Shown in pieces: positions 8,930 to 18,678 of a stretch of 64,000 bases of DNA. The position numbers and the translations under genes were made by a program. The notes under the pieces are model-generated. The model was not told the DNA's origin, ran no database searches, and saw nothing but the letters and a program-made list of their open reading frames with translations. The stretch is from Candidatus Iainarchaeum sp. (GTDB lineage Archaea; Iainarchaeota; Iainarchaeia; Iainarchaeales; GCA-2688035), in assembly GCA_017610205.1 (NCBI GenBank), contig JAFCCL010000006.1:58553-122552 (forward strand). The letters run 5' to 3'. Each line of letters starts with the position of its first letter. Positions within the stretch are counted from its first letter, which is position 1.

Positions 8930-10030
8930 ATGCTTGTTGAGGAAAAGGTTTTGCTAAGACCAAAGGATGTCAAGCCTTTGGTAAGGGGCTGGGTTGTTAT
9001 GGGCGTGCTGAATCCTGCAGCTGTGAGGCTGCCGAATAAGAAAATAATGCTTTATACAAGGGTTTCTGAAATGCCAAAAGGACATATTGGAACAGGCTTG
9101 AAATGCCCGGTGATTGTTTCAGACAAGCAGGTGAAAAGAAAGGGCTACAAGCTTAGCAGCATGAAAATAAGCAAGGCAAAAATTGTTGGTGAAGAAGAAA
9201 ACGTAATCTATCTGAAGGATGAAACATGCAGGCTTAAAACAAGCTCGCATTTTCGCAGAATAATTTTGGACAAAGCAGGATTTGAAGTTGAAAAAATTGA
9301 TATGCTTCCAATTTTTACAGGAACCCATGAAGAAGGACAATTTGGTGTTGAAGATCCAAGCATTACAAAAGTCGGTGACAAATATTATATGACATATGTT
9401 TCTGTTTCACTGCACGAAGGAGTATGCACTTCAATAGCTGTTTCAAGCAACCTCAAAAATTGGAAAAGAAAGGGAATAATTTTCAGGGAACAAAACAAGG
9501 ATGTAGCCCTTTTTCCTGAAAAAATCAGGGGGCGTTTTGTTGCATTGCACAGACCGGAAGGATTTTTTGAATTCAGCCGCCCATCAATGTGGATTTCCCA
9601 TTCACCTGACTTAAAATACTGGGGTGAAGAAAAAAGCATTATGCAGACAAGACCTAATTCCTGGGAAACCGAAAGGGTTGGGGCAGGAACAACCCCTATA
9701 AAAATCAAAGAAGGCTGGCTGGAAATATACCACGGGGTGCAAAAAGACAAAAAAGGCAACAAGATTTACAGTGCCGGAGCAGTACTTTTTGACAGGAATA
9801 ATCCGACAAAAATAATTGCAAGAAGCCCAAGAACACAGCCTTTGTTCAAGCCTGAAAAAAGCTATGAAAAAAGTGGTTTTGTAAACAATGTTATATTTCC
9901 ATCAGAGGCAATTCCTGATTTGAATGGAAAAAATTTGCTTGTGTTTAGCGGGGCAGGCGATTCTGTTACAACTGTGAAAAAAGTTGCAATAAAAGACATA
10001 TTAAACCACATGCATTTTATTGGAAATTAA
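8930..10030 (+). CDS. GH130-like glycoside phosphorylase/hydrolase (five-bladed propeller)
   Basis: GVLNPAA, FGVEDPSIT, NKDVALFPEKI, LHRP, GWLEIYHGV, NVIFP. Confidence 0.85.
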   Translation: MLVEEKVLLRPKDVKPLVRGWVVMGVLNPAAVRLPNKKIMLYTRVSEMPKGHIGTGLKCPVIVSDKQVKRKGYKLSSMKISKAKIVGEEENVIYLKDETCRLKTSSHFRRIILDKAGFEVEKIDMLPIFTGTHEEGQFGVEDPSITKVGDKYYMTYVSVSLHEGVCTSIAVSSNLKNWKRKGIIFREQNKDVALFPEKIRGRFVALHRPEGFFEFSRPSMWISHSPDLKYWGEEKSIMQTRPNSWETERVGAGTTPIKIKEGWLEIYHGVQKDKKGNKIYSAGAVLFDRNNPTKIIARSPRTQPLFKPEKSYEKSGFVNNVIFPSEAIPDLNGKNLLVFSGAGDSVTTVKKVAIKDILNHMHFIGN

Positions 10031-10196
10031 TAAATGCCTAATTTAGCCAGATAATACCTACCTTTAGGGCTGTTTTGAGAAATTTTACAAAATAGTGCAT
10101 CAATTTTTACAATGGAAAGGCTTTAAAATCTGAATGTTTGATAAGATATTTGCTTAATTTTTAATGCTAATTGGGAAAATTTGGGAGGCTATTAGT

Positions 10197-10616
10197 ATGA
10201 CAGACAAACAAAATGACGAAAAAATATTGCCAGAAAATGGTGAAGAAACACCAGGAACAGAGGAAAAAATTGTTAAGGAAGAGGCTGCTGAAGTTGAACG
10301 TGATGATTTGCCTTTCCCAAAAGCAACAATTGTTAACATGCTTAGAAAGCATTTAAGCTCTGGAAAGCAAATTAAGGGCCAGGTAAAGGATGAAATGAAC
10401 CTTTGGCTTGGAAAAATGGTTGAAAGAATTGCCAAAAAAATGGACTCTCACCCTTATGCATATGTTGACGGCGGAATGCTAAGGGATGCAATAGAGCCAT
10501 ATGAAACAGTGCAGGAAATAGAGCTTGAAAAGGAAAGGATAGTAAAGCAGCTTGAAAGCATTAAGGCAGCTTGTGACATTCTGATAAGCGAAGTGGACAG
10601 GAAATTTAGAAAATAG
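10197..10616 (+). CDS. Histone-fold (NF-YB/HAP3-like) protein with an acidic N-terminal tail
   Basis: LPFPKATIVNMLRKHL...QIKGQVKDEMNLWLGKMVERIAKKM...YVDGGMLRDAI fits the three-helix histone fold. Confidence 0.65.
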   Translation: MTDKQNDEKILPENGEETPGTEEKIVKEEAAEVERDDLPFPKATIVNMLRKHLSSGKQIKGQVKDEMNLWLGKMVERIAKKMDSHPYAYVDGGMLRDAIEPYETVQEIELEKERIVKQLESIKAACDILISEVDRKFRK

Positions 10617-10619
10617 ACC

Positions 10620-11180
10620 TTATTCTTTTTCAATTGCCTTTGAATATACCTCTGCGGTTCTTCTAAGGCCACTGAGAAAATTGTCTATTTTGCCGCTTTT
10701 TCTGAGGGCTGCATCAAAGCTAAGCAGGCCTGTCCTGCCCATCCCACTGGCAAAAGACTCAAAATTATTGGAAATCCCTTTTCCAAGTTGGAAGGCATCT
10801 ACTCCAAGAGCAAACCTGTCCTTGTAAAAGATTCTTTTGACAAATTTGGCAGAGTCTGGTCCCAATTTCCTAAAAAGCAGGTTAACGCTTGTGCCAAGAC
10901 CCATAAAGAAAAAGGACGTGTTGTTCTTTCCAAGCCCCATTGCAAACTTTACAGGCTGCCTGGCAATCAAAGCAATTATCAGCCCCTTTTGCCGCATTGA
11001 GTACTGCGTTGCCTTGTTTTGCTTTAAGGATTCGGCAAGAATGAATGCTTTTTCTTTTGTGGCAAGGTTTTCCCATTTGCCAGCCTTAAGATATAGCCTC
11101 CTTGTTTTAAGGCGCTTGAAGAAAAAGGCCTGAACTCCCCTTGTTCCAAGCACTCTTCTTTTTTGTTTTGGTTGATGCAT
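10620..11180 (-). CDS. Hypothetical highly basic protein
   Basis: 186-aa ORF with a K/R-rich N-terminus (MHQPKQKRRVLG); no recognised domain. Confidence 0.6.
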   Translation of the reverse strand: MHQPKQKRRVLGTRGVQAFFFKRLKTRRLYLKAGKWENLATKEKAFILAESLKQNKATQYSMRQKGLIIALIARQPVKFAMGLGKNNTSFFFMGLGTSVNLLFRKLGPDSAKFVKRIFYKDRFALGVDAFQLGKGISNNFESFASGMGRTGLLSFDAALRKSGKIDNFLSGLRRTAEVYSKAIEKE

Positions 11181-11252
11181 TCTTTATCACAATAAAATAA
11201 AACTTGTTTTTCTATTTATTTAAATCTTTTCTTCCAAAATTTCCACAAACCT

Positions 11253-12161
11253 TTATTTTTTCGGTTGCCGCCAGTGAATTCCGCGCAAAGATAAGGAAAA
11301 TCTTTTTATAATTGCTCCAGCATCTTTTTTGGAAAATGTTTTTCCTTTTGGCAAGCCTATGGCAAGCTTGAATTTTGGATTGTTCAAAAGCTTCAGCAAT
11401 CCTGAATTAAGCAAACTTGAAACCAGCGAAGGACTTATTTCCATGATTTCGGCAATTGCCCTTGTAGGAAGAGATTGCTTTGAAAGAAACCTAAGCCTTA
11501 AAACTCTGGCAGTGCGCTTGTCAAGGTATTGGACAAACGCCTTTGAAAGGTATTCACGCAGGTCATTTGCCTCTGCACGCTTGAGTGGATTGGAATGCCC
11601 TGCCTTTCCTTCAATAAGGTCAAAAAGCTTGCTTCCTTTACCTTTTCCGGTTTCAACAAGTTTATCCCCTGAAAAAGGCCTTATTCCGCGATGTGCAGAC
11701 CTTAGCCTTGAAATTAGGTTAATGGCAGAATCTCTTTCAGCAATTGTTTTTGATTCAAAAACTACTTTGTAAAGCCGTTCAATTCTTTTGTTTAATGCAA
11801 CCTCGTTTGAAATTAATCTCAAAACCTCTTTTGAAAGAGCAATTACCGGAGCTTTTTGCTCAAGCATTGTAATGACTTCACCCTTTGCCCTTGAGTAAGC
11901 AAATGTATTAAATTTAATGCCTTGTGATGGCTCAAACCTTGTATAAGCATCCATTACCCCAATAAAAGCCGCCTGTTTGAAATCATTTTTGGAAATACGC
12001 CCTGATTTTGCTACAGCATTATATTTAAAGAAAAGCCTGTTTGAAACATTGTCTGCAATCTTGTAAGCCTTCTTTACAAATTTTACATCAAATGTCTTTT
12101 GAACTTTCTTTTTCCTTGGTTTTGGTTTTTTTTGTTCACTTGGTTTTTTTTGGCTCATCAT
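11253..12161 (-). CDS. Sigma-70-family (FliA/SigF-like) sigma factor homolog
   Basis: Region 2-like DFKQAAFIGVMDAYTRFEPSQGIKFNTFAYSRAKGEV; region 4-like LDKRTARVLRLRF...TRAIAEIMEISPSLVSSLLNSGLLKL. Confidence 0.8.
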   Translation of the reverse strand: MMSQKKPSEQKKPKPRKKKVQKTFDVKFVKKAYKIADNVSNRLFFKYNAVAKSGRISKNDFKQAAFIGVMDAYTRFEPSQGIKFNTFAYSRAKGEVITMLEQKAPVIALSKEVLRLISNEVALNKRIERLYKVVFESKTIAERDSAINLISRLRSAHRGIRPFSGDKLVETGKGKGSKLFDLIEGKAGHSNPLKRAEANDLREYLSKAFVQYLDKRTARVLRLRFLSKQSLPTRAIAEIMEISPSLVSSLLNSGLLKLLNNPKFKLAIGLPKGKTFSKKDAGAIIKRFSLSLRGIHWRQPKK

Positions 12162-12239
12162 TCTAAAGAATAATTCCTTTTTAAGGATTTATAATCCTTG
12201 CTGTTTCAGCAAAATTCCAAAATTTGCAATACCTGGTTA

Positions 12240-12797
12240 CTACCCCAAAATTGCATTAACTTTTGCTGCAATTGCCCCTTTTGGATTTCTGAGCAGGAAT
12301 CCTTCAATTACTGAAAGATTGTGGCATTTTCTGTTGCAGGAAGCCTTTTCAAAGTCAATTATTACAGGCATTCCTTTTCTTACCAGAATGTTTTTGCCGC
12401 TTCCTGCAAGCTGACCGTGGTCCAGACCAATTTTGTCAAGGACCTTTGCCTGCCTTTGCAGCTCTTTGACAAAACGCTTTAGTCCTGTTTTTGAAGGGCC
12501 CGCAAAAATCCATTCTGAAAAGCACGAGCCTTCAATGAATTCCATTAAAACAATTCTTTTTTCAAGATCTGCATCAAATAATTTTGGGCCAATTCCAACA
12601 CCGTTTGCCTTTTTCAAATTTTCAGATTCCCTTTCAGCCATTTTAAATCGCGTACTGTCATGCCGTTCCATTTTGATTACAAAAAAAACTCCTTTTTTAT
12701 TCCTTGCAAGAAAAAGGTGGCTGCTAAAGCCCCTGTCAATCTTTTTTTCAAAGAAAAGCTTTTTTTTGAGCAGGAATTCTTTCAAAGTTGAATGCAT
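12240..12797 (-). CDS. Atypical (RIO/Bud32-like) Ser/Thr protein kinase
   Basis: IDRGFSSHLF, VIKME, IGPKLF, MEFIEG, HGQL...KNILV, IIDFEKAS. Confidence 0.75.
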   Translation of the reverse strand: MHSTLKEFLLKKKLFFEKKIDRGFSSHLFLARNKKGVFFVIKMERHDSTRFKMAERESENLKKANGVGIGPKLFDADLEKRIVLMEFIEGSCFSEWIFAGPSKTGLKRFVKELQRQAKVLDKIGLDHGQLAGSGKNILVRKGMPVIIDFEKASCNRKCHNLSVIEGFLLRNPKGAIAAKVNAILG

Positions 12798-12857
12798 AAT
12801 CTATTTATAGAAGAAAAGCAATTAATTACTTGTTTTGCTTTAAAAGGAGTGATTTTT

Positions 12858-13550
12858 ATGGAAGGAAAAATAACACTTGTGAAAACAGGAACACCTGGTT
12901 TGGACGAACTTTTTACAAAAGGCGGATTTGACCACAGTAGCAGCATTCTTGTAAGCGGAGAGCCAGGAGCAGGAAAAAGCATTGTTGCATTGCAATACAT
13001 TTACAACGGCGCACGTATTTACGGAGAAGCAGGAATTTATGTCACCAGTGAACAAAGCATTGAAAAAGTAAGGGAAAACGCAAAATCTCTTGGAATGAAT
13101 TTTGCAGAGCTTGAAGAAAAAGGGCTTGTAAAGCTAATGAAGATTCCAATAAATCGCGGCTATGAAATGGCTGACGATGAATTAATGCGCGAAATCAAAA
13201 AGGAAGAGGTAAAAAGGGTTGCAATTGACTCAATAACGCCTTTGGAAAATCTTTCACCGGACATTAGAGGATTTAGAGTAAGAATACTTGGATTTATTGA
13301 AACAGTTACCGCAAATAACATAACACTTTTGGTTACAGCTGAAAAGCGCAAAACAGATTTTGACAACATGGAGTTTTCTCCGGAAGACTTTCTTTTCGAC
13401 GGACTTATTATGATGGGAAGGCTTCGCAAGGCAGTAAGCTTTGAAAGAGTATTAAGCGTTATAAAAATGCGTGGAACAAAGCACAGCGAGGAACTGCATC
13501 CTGTTGAAATAAGCAATTCAGGGCTTGTGATTAAAAGCCTTGAAGAATAA
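12858..13550 (+). CDS. KaiC/RAD55-like RecA-superfamily ATPase
   Basis: TGTPGLDEL..GG, GEPGAGKS, VAIDSIT, VIKMRGTKHS; GGAGTGA RBS. Confidence 0.9.
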   Translation: MEGKITLVKTGTPGLDELFTKGGFDHSSSILVSGEPGAGKSIVALQYIYNGARIYGEAGIYVTSEQSIEKVRENAKSLGMNFAELEEKGLVKLMKIPINRGYEMADDELMREIKKEEVKRVAIDSITPLENLSPDIRGFRVRILGFIETVTANNITLLVTAEKRKTDFDNMEFSPEDFLFDGLIMMGRLRKAVSFERVLSVIKMRGTKHSEELHPVEISNSGLVIKSLEE

Positions 13551-13672
13551 AGTTTTGTTAATTGCTTAAAAACAACTAAGTTTATTAAAAAAAAGCAATT
13601 AAGTTTGTTTTTTAAAAAAAAAGATAATTTGGGCATTTTCATTGAAACACCCTTTAAAATAAAGCAAAACAT

Positions 13673-13828
13673 TTAGTCTGCTTCAGGAACTGCATCAGCT
13701 TCTGTTTCAGATTCAGTTTCCTCTTCAGATTCAGTTTCCTCTTCAGATTCAGTTTCCTCTTCAGATTCAGTTTCTCTATCTGTTTCTTCGTTAGGTGCTT
13801 CGCCTTCTTTCTGAAATTTTATATTCAT
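13673..13828 (-). CDS. 51-aa hyperacidic repeat peptide (not in the ORF track)
   Basis: MNIKFQKEGEAPNEETDRETESEEETESEEETESEEETESETEADAVPEAD; GGAGTGA RBS upstream; 18-bp tandem repeats. Confidence 0.65.
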   Translation of the reverse strand: MNIKFQKEGEAPNEETDRETESEEETESEEETESEEETESETEADAVPEAD

Positions 13829-14036
13829 TATAAATCACTCCCGATTGTTTTATTTTTCTAAAATAAATAGTTTAAAACTATTAAGCAACATTTTTACAAA
13901 AAAGCTTAAAAAAGGAATTTGGAGCAGGTTTCCCATAAAAAAAACGAAAGGAAATAAAAATGGTTGCAATGATTATTTTTCAAAAACTTTTCATTGTAGG
14001 AAATATTTAAGTAAGGGAAAGGGCTTTAGTTATTTC

Positions 14037-15509
14037 ATGCCTCTTTTCTATGGTGAAAAAAGGGCAATGAATGAAATTGCCTCAGTTCTTTCTTCGCAGT
14101 GGAGCAATGGAATGCTTCCGCAAATAAGATTTGTTCCAGGACAAACAGGCTACAGCCCTGATGAAGAAGAATGGGGAGTTACTGCAAAAATAAGCGGAAA
14201 CAAAAAAGTAAGGACTTCAGGAATTACACAGCCCCCGAACATTGCCTTTGCACTATGGAAGGTTTTTAACAGCTCGCAGAACAAGGAAGAGCTTGTGCCA
14301 GCCCTCAAAGAATTTTACCCAAAGCTCAAAAAATACCATTCATTTCTTTTAAAGGAGCGTGACCCTAAAGGAGAAGGTCTTGCGTCCGTTTTTCACCCAT
14401 GGGCAACTGGTTCTGATAACACTCCGTGTTATGACGAGCTTGTAAAAAGCGTGGGAAAAGATCTTAGAGAAAATGGATTTGAACAAAGAATAAAAAAAAG
14501 AAAAGATGCGATTTACGTTGACAAAAGCCAACGACCAAAAGAAAAGGATTACGAAACCTATGGAAGGCTGCTTGGCTTTTTTGTTGCAAAAAAGTATGAC
14601 CAAAAAAGACTCTGGAAAGAATGCCCTTTTGTTGTTCAGGATATTTTGTTTAACTGCATTTTTAAGGAATCACTTTCCGCAATGGCAAAAATTGCAGACG
14701 CTCTTTCTTTGGAAAAAGAAAAAAAGCTTGATGAAAAGCTTGCGTTAAAGGTTAAAAATGCAATAAAAAGCAAATTGTATGATGAAGAAACAGAACTGTT
14801 TTATTCTTTTGATGTAAAAGGGAACAAGCTGATAAAAATTGCAACAGTGCATTCACTTGCGCCACTTTTTGGAAAAATTGCATCCAAAGAACAGGCAAAT
14901 GCATTGATAAAGCATTTGAAAAGCGAAAAAGAATTTAATCCAAAGAACGGTTTTATGGTTCCAAGCGTTCCACTTAACGGAAAGGAGTTTAATCCAACAG
15001 GATATGCACGCGGACCTGTTTGGCCTGTGCGAAACTGGATTGTTATAAAAGGCCTGGAAAATTATGACAAGAAGTTTGCAAGAAATCTTAAAGAGGAAAC
15101 AATTGCATTAATTTCACAAGGCTTTAAGGGAATTGAAGAACTTGAAAGCCTTGCAGCTTCCCTAATGGAATACAACAGCTTTAATGAATCATTTACTACA
15201 CCCTCCAAAACACAGTACTGCCACGGATGGCTTTGGGATTCTGGATTTGCAGCAATTGGATGGAGTAGAGTAAGAAAAAAACCAGACCCAAGGATTTGGA
15301 AAAATGTGGAGTTGCGAAAGAAAGTACTTAGGAAAGAAGGAGCCAGTTCCGCTGAAATTAAAAATGCTCTTGGAAAGGAATTCCAAATGCCTTTGTTTGA
15401 TGAATACTTTACCCCAATTGCTTCAAAGAAAGGAGTGGCTGGAATGCCTTTGGGCTCTGAGAAAATGACCTGGACAGCTGCGCTGCTTCTTGACTTGCTT
15501 CATTCATAA
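14037..15509 (+). CDS. GH63-like (mannosyl/glucosylglycerate hydrolase-like) glycosidase, rearranged
   Basis: QWSNGMLPQI, TSGITQPP, HPWATGSDNTP, YARGPVWPVRNW, FDEYF...MTWTAALLLD. The WLWDS motif is displaced to the C-terminal part. Confidence 0.8.
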   Translation: MPLFYGEKRAMNEIASVLSSQWSNGMLPQIRFVPGQTGYSPDEEEWGVTAKISGNKKVRTSGITQPPNIAFALWKVFNSSQNKEELVPALKEFYPKLKKYHSFLLKERDPKGEGLASVFHPWATGSDNTPCYDELVKSVGKDLRENGFEQRIKKRKDAIYVDKSQRPKEKDYETYGRLLGFFVAKKYDQKRLWKECPFVVQDILFNCIFKESLSAMAKIADALSLEKEKKLDEKLALKVKNAIKSKLYDEETELFYSFDVKGNKLIKIATVHSLAPLFGKIASKEQANALIKHLKSEKEFNPKNGFMVPSVPLNGKEFNPTGYARGPVWPVRNWIVIKGLENYDKKFARNLKEETIALISQGFKGIEELESLAASLMEYNSFNESFTTPSKTQYCHGWLWDSGFAAIGWSRVRKKPDPRIWKNVELRKKVLRKEGASSAEIKNALGKEFQMPLFDEYFTPIASKKGVAGMPLGSEKMTWTAALLLDLLHS

Positions 15510-16559
15510 CAGTTTTTCTTTAAACAATTTGAAAGCAAGCTTTGACTTTTTCTCAGCCTTTTTCCTTTTTGCAAGAAGCCTTTTTCTTGAAGCAGGCAAA
15601 TTTTTGTACAACTTTGTTGTTTTTCTCGCAAGCTCTTCTGCCTTAAAACCCTGTTCCACTTCAAAACTTTGCCAGCCAAAAGCCTTTACAAGATTTCTTG
15701 TTTTTGCAGTAAAATCAATTGCAACAAACGGCTTTCCGATTACGGCGGAAAAAACAAGTGAATGAAAACGCATTCCGACAACAAGGTCAAACTTTTCAAA
15801 AGTTTTTGTCAGTTTCATTCCAAGAGGCTTGTATTTCAAAAGCCTTACCTTTTTGCTTTTAACACCTGAAAGAATTTTTTTGCAGAAGATTGTGTCATAC
15901 TTTTTAAAGAAAGGAAAAATTTTAATTCCTGCACTTGTGTCAGAAGAAACAAGGTCAATTGCTTTTGCAATCTTTTCCGCAAGTTGCTTGTCTTTTTTTG
16001 GTTTGAGCTCAAAAATTTCATAAAAGGGAATGGGACAGAAAAGAATTGCGTTCCTTTTTCTTCTATCAGGCTTTTTGCTTTCAGTAAAAGTTAAATCTGC
16101 AGAAACATAAATTTGCTTTTTAACATTAGCTTTCCTAAGCTGGTCCCTGCTTTCATTGTCCCGCATAATAATCAAATCGGAGTTTTCGCAAAGCTTTCTT
16201 GCAAGAGCCCTTCCTTTTGCTGTCTTAAGCTTGGTGGAACCAATTGAAAGCAAACAGGTTTTGACACTTGGTTTTTTTGCCTTCAAAAAAAACTTTACCA
16301 GATTTTCAAAACCTTTCAATCTGTAATCCTGGATTTGTGTTCCGCCGCCAAGAATAAAAAAATCATACTTTAGATTTGCAAGATTTGCTTTGGGGTTTAT
16401 GGCCTCAATCCCAAAAGCCGTCCTTGTTTTTGCAGGGTTTCCTGAAACAGCAATTGTTTTGATACTAAGCTTTTTGAACTGTTTGGCAATAACCTGCAGC
16501 ATTGCGTCATCACCAATATTATCTTTGCCATAATACCCATAAACTAAAGCGGTTTGCAT
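15504..16559 (-). CDS. Polysaccharide pyruvyl transferase (CsaB/WcaK-like)
   Basis: GYYGKDNIGDDA, ILGGGTQIQD, MRDNES, SADLTF, GMRFHSLVFS. Confidence 0.88.
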   Translation of the reverse strand: MQTALVYGYYGKDNIGDDAMLQVIAKQFKKLSIKTIAVSGNPAKTRTAFGIEAINPKANLANLKYDFFILGGGTQIQDYRLKGFENLVKFFLKAKKPSVKTCLLSIGSTKLKTAKGRALARKLCENSDLIIMRDNESRDQLRKANVKKQIYVSADLTFTESKKPDRRKRNAILFCPIPFYEIFELKPKKDKQLAEKIAKAIDLVSSDTSAGIKIFPFFKKYDTIFCKKILSGVKSKKVRLLKYKPLGMKLTKTFEKFDLVVGMRFHSLVFSAVIGKPFVAIDFTAKTRNLVKAFGWQSFEVEQGFKAEELARKTTKLYKNLPASRKRLLAKRKKAEKKSKLAFKLFKEKLL

Positions 16560-16609
16560 GAAAATAAGAAAGCACATGGAATAATAAAAGCCTTTCTGCA
16601 AGCAGGGTG

Positions 16610-17788
16610 TTAGCCAAATTTTGCTTTGAATTGGACTTTCAATGATTGTTCTTTGCCAAGAACTTGGACAAGCTTGACCCAGTTTTTCTGCAATTGCTGG
16701 TATTTTTTCTTGTTCTTGTCTGCAAAGCTTCTTGCATCAAACAATGAAACCTTGATGTTTGCCAAGTGGATTTTTGCTTCAGAAAATTTTGCCGTGAAAA
16801 CAGAGCCTAAAAAAAGCAAAAGGTCTGTCAGCACAAGCTTTATGTAAATGCTTCTTTTGAGAAACATTCCAGGATAGGGGTCAAGCTCTTCTATTACGTT
16901 TGAAGGCAATTTTTTTTCTTTTATAAATTCAAGAATCTTCTTTCTCTCATAGATGAACCTGTAAGCATCCTTTCTCATGTAAACACACCAGTCAGACATC
17001 TTTTTGGGAGGAGGCAAATGCGTTATTGCAAGCTCTTTATCAAGGAAGAAGTACAAACCATAAGCTCTTGCGTTAATCAAAAGGTCCATATCCTCTCCAT
17101 AGGGAATAAGGGAATCAAACATAAGCTTGTGAAACAGGTCTTTGTGTAAAACTATGTTGCCTCCAAATGCAAAGCTTGTTTCCTTCAGCCTTGGTTCCTT
17201 GCCAATAATTGAAAAGGCCTTGTTCATGTTCTTTATTTTGTTCCAGAAAACATCCCACCAAAGCTTTTTCCAGTTCCAAGGCACAAGGTAAGAGCCGGAC
17301 CTGTCAACATAATAGCCTGCAACAGCCCCAACAAACTTTCCATCAAAGCACTTTCCAATGAACTCCCTGGCTTTCTTTAGGAATTTCTTGTCTTCAATCA
17401 ATTCATCATCATCCAGAAACATTATTATTGGCGAGCCAAGGAGGATGCCTATTGCAAGCCCAAAATTTCTGAAACAAGAGTAGTTGCCGATTGCTACAGA
17501 GCCCTTTAGGTCAGCTAAGCCTTTTGAGGAAATAAATTGGTGAAATTTTTTGACATCACGATAGCTTACTTGTGCAATTGGAAAGTGTTTTCTAAAAGGA
17601 GAAATTATTTTATCAATTTTTCCCCTTACCCTCTCATTGTACTCCAAATCATAGGTATTATTTATTATCAAAACGCGGAAATTTTTTTCGTTAAGTGAAC
17701 GAATACTTTCAAGCAACTGAACAAAGGTATTGTGCTTTAATTCGAGTCTTTCTCCAAAGGTTGCAATCACTATAAGCATTTCCTGCAT
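16610..17788 (-). CDS. GT-A (family 2-like) glycosyltransferase
   Basis: RNFGL...FLDDDE (DxD), AFGGNIV, FD..IPYGEDMD. Confidence 0.75.
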   Translation of the reverse strand: MQEMLIVIATFGERLELKHNTFVQLLESIRSLNEKNFRVLIINNTYDLEYNERVRGKIDKIISPFRKHFPIAQVSYRDVKKFHQFISSKGLADLKGSVAIGNYSCFRNFGLAIGILLGSPIIMFLDDDELIEDKKFLKKAREFIGKCFDGKFVGAVAGYYVDRSGSYLVPWNWKKLWWDVFWNKIKNMNKAFSIIGKEPRLKETSFAFGGNIVLHKDLFHKLMFDSLIPYGEDMDLLINARAYGLYFFLDKELAITHLPPPKKMSDWCVYMRKDAYRFIYERKKILEFIKEKKLPSNVIEELDPYPGMFLKRSIYIKLVLTDLLLFLGSVFTAKFSEAKIHLANIKVSLFDARSFADKNKKKYQQLQKNWVKLVQVLGKEQSLKVQFKAKFG

Positions 17789-17907
17789 ACTCAAAAACCA
17801 GAAATAAAGAAAGGCAAGCTTAATTATAACCTTATCCCCTAAAGCAAAAGCCAACGGCTTTTTGCAAAGAACATGTTTTTATAGTAAAAAGGGATTCTTT
17901 TTAATGC

Positions 17908-18672
17908 ATGGCAAACGATATCAAACCAAGGGTAACAGTAATAATGTCTGCTTACAATGCAGAAAGATTTGTTGCCGAAGCAATTGAATCTGTTTTGAAC
18001 CAGACAATGAAAAATTTTGAACTAATTGTAATTAATGACAACTCAAAAGACAAGACAGGAAAGATTTGCAAAAACTACAAGGATAAGAGAATCCATTATT
18101 TTGAACACAAGTACAACAAGGGGAAAAACCATGCAGTAAACTTTGCATTCAAAAGGGCTCGCGGGAAATATGCCTGCATTTTTGATGCGGACGACGTAAT
18201 GGTAAATTACAAGCTTGAGGCAAGCAGCAAGCTGCTTGACAAGCACCCGGAAGTAGGGCTTGTTTATGGAGACGCATGGATTATTGACGAGGCTTCTGAA
18301 ATTACTGGTCCGCTGTCTTTTCCTTCAAGGGCTAAAAAAAATATTGACGACAAGTTCCCTGATTTGAAATTTTCTATGGCAAAGTTGTGCAAGGGCGCTC
18401 TTTTCTCACAGGGCAGCACATTGTTTAGAATGGAGGCAATTAAGAAGGTTGGTGGCCTTGACGAAAAGTTAAAGGTTGCAGAGGACTGGGACCTTTGGAT
18501 TAGGATTGCGGAAAAGTACACTCTTTACTATATGCCAGTTCCAATGTACCTTTACAGAATAAACCCAAAAGGGCTCTTAAGCCAGGCACTGAAAGGAAAG
18601 TTTCACGAAAAAAGCAAGAAATTTGTTTTGAAGAAAATGCAGGAAAGGGCAAGGAAAGCGAAGAAATGTTAA
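17908..18672 (+). CDS. Family 2 glycosyltransferase
   Basis: VTVIMSAYNAE...VINDNSKD...FDADD...EDWDLWIR. Confidence 0.92.
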   Translation: MANDIKPRVTVIMSAYNAERFVAEAIESVLNQTMKNFELIVINDNSKDKTGKICKNYKDKRIHYFEHKYNKGKNHAVNFAFKRARGKYACIFDADDVMVNYKLEASSKLLDKHPEVGLVYGDAWIIDEASEITGPLSFPSRAKKNIDDKFPDLKFSMAKLCKGALFSQGSTLFRMEAIKKVGGLDEKLKVAEDWDLWIRIAEKYTLYYMPVPMYLYRINPKGLLSQALKGKFHEKSKKFVLKKMQERARKAKKC

Positions 18673-18678
18673 TTCTTT

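Noticed and set aside
13845-14036. N-terminal extension supplying the missing GH63 motif
   Set aside because: This is low-complexity AT-rich intergenic translation with no WxWDS motif.
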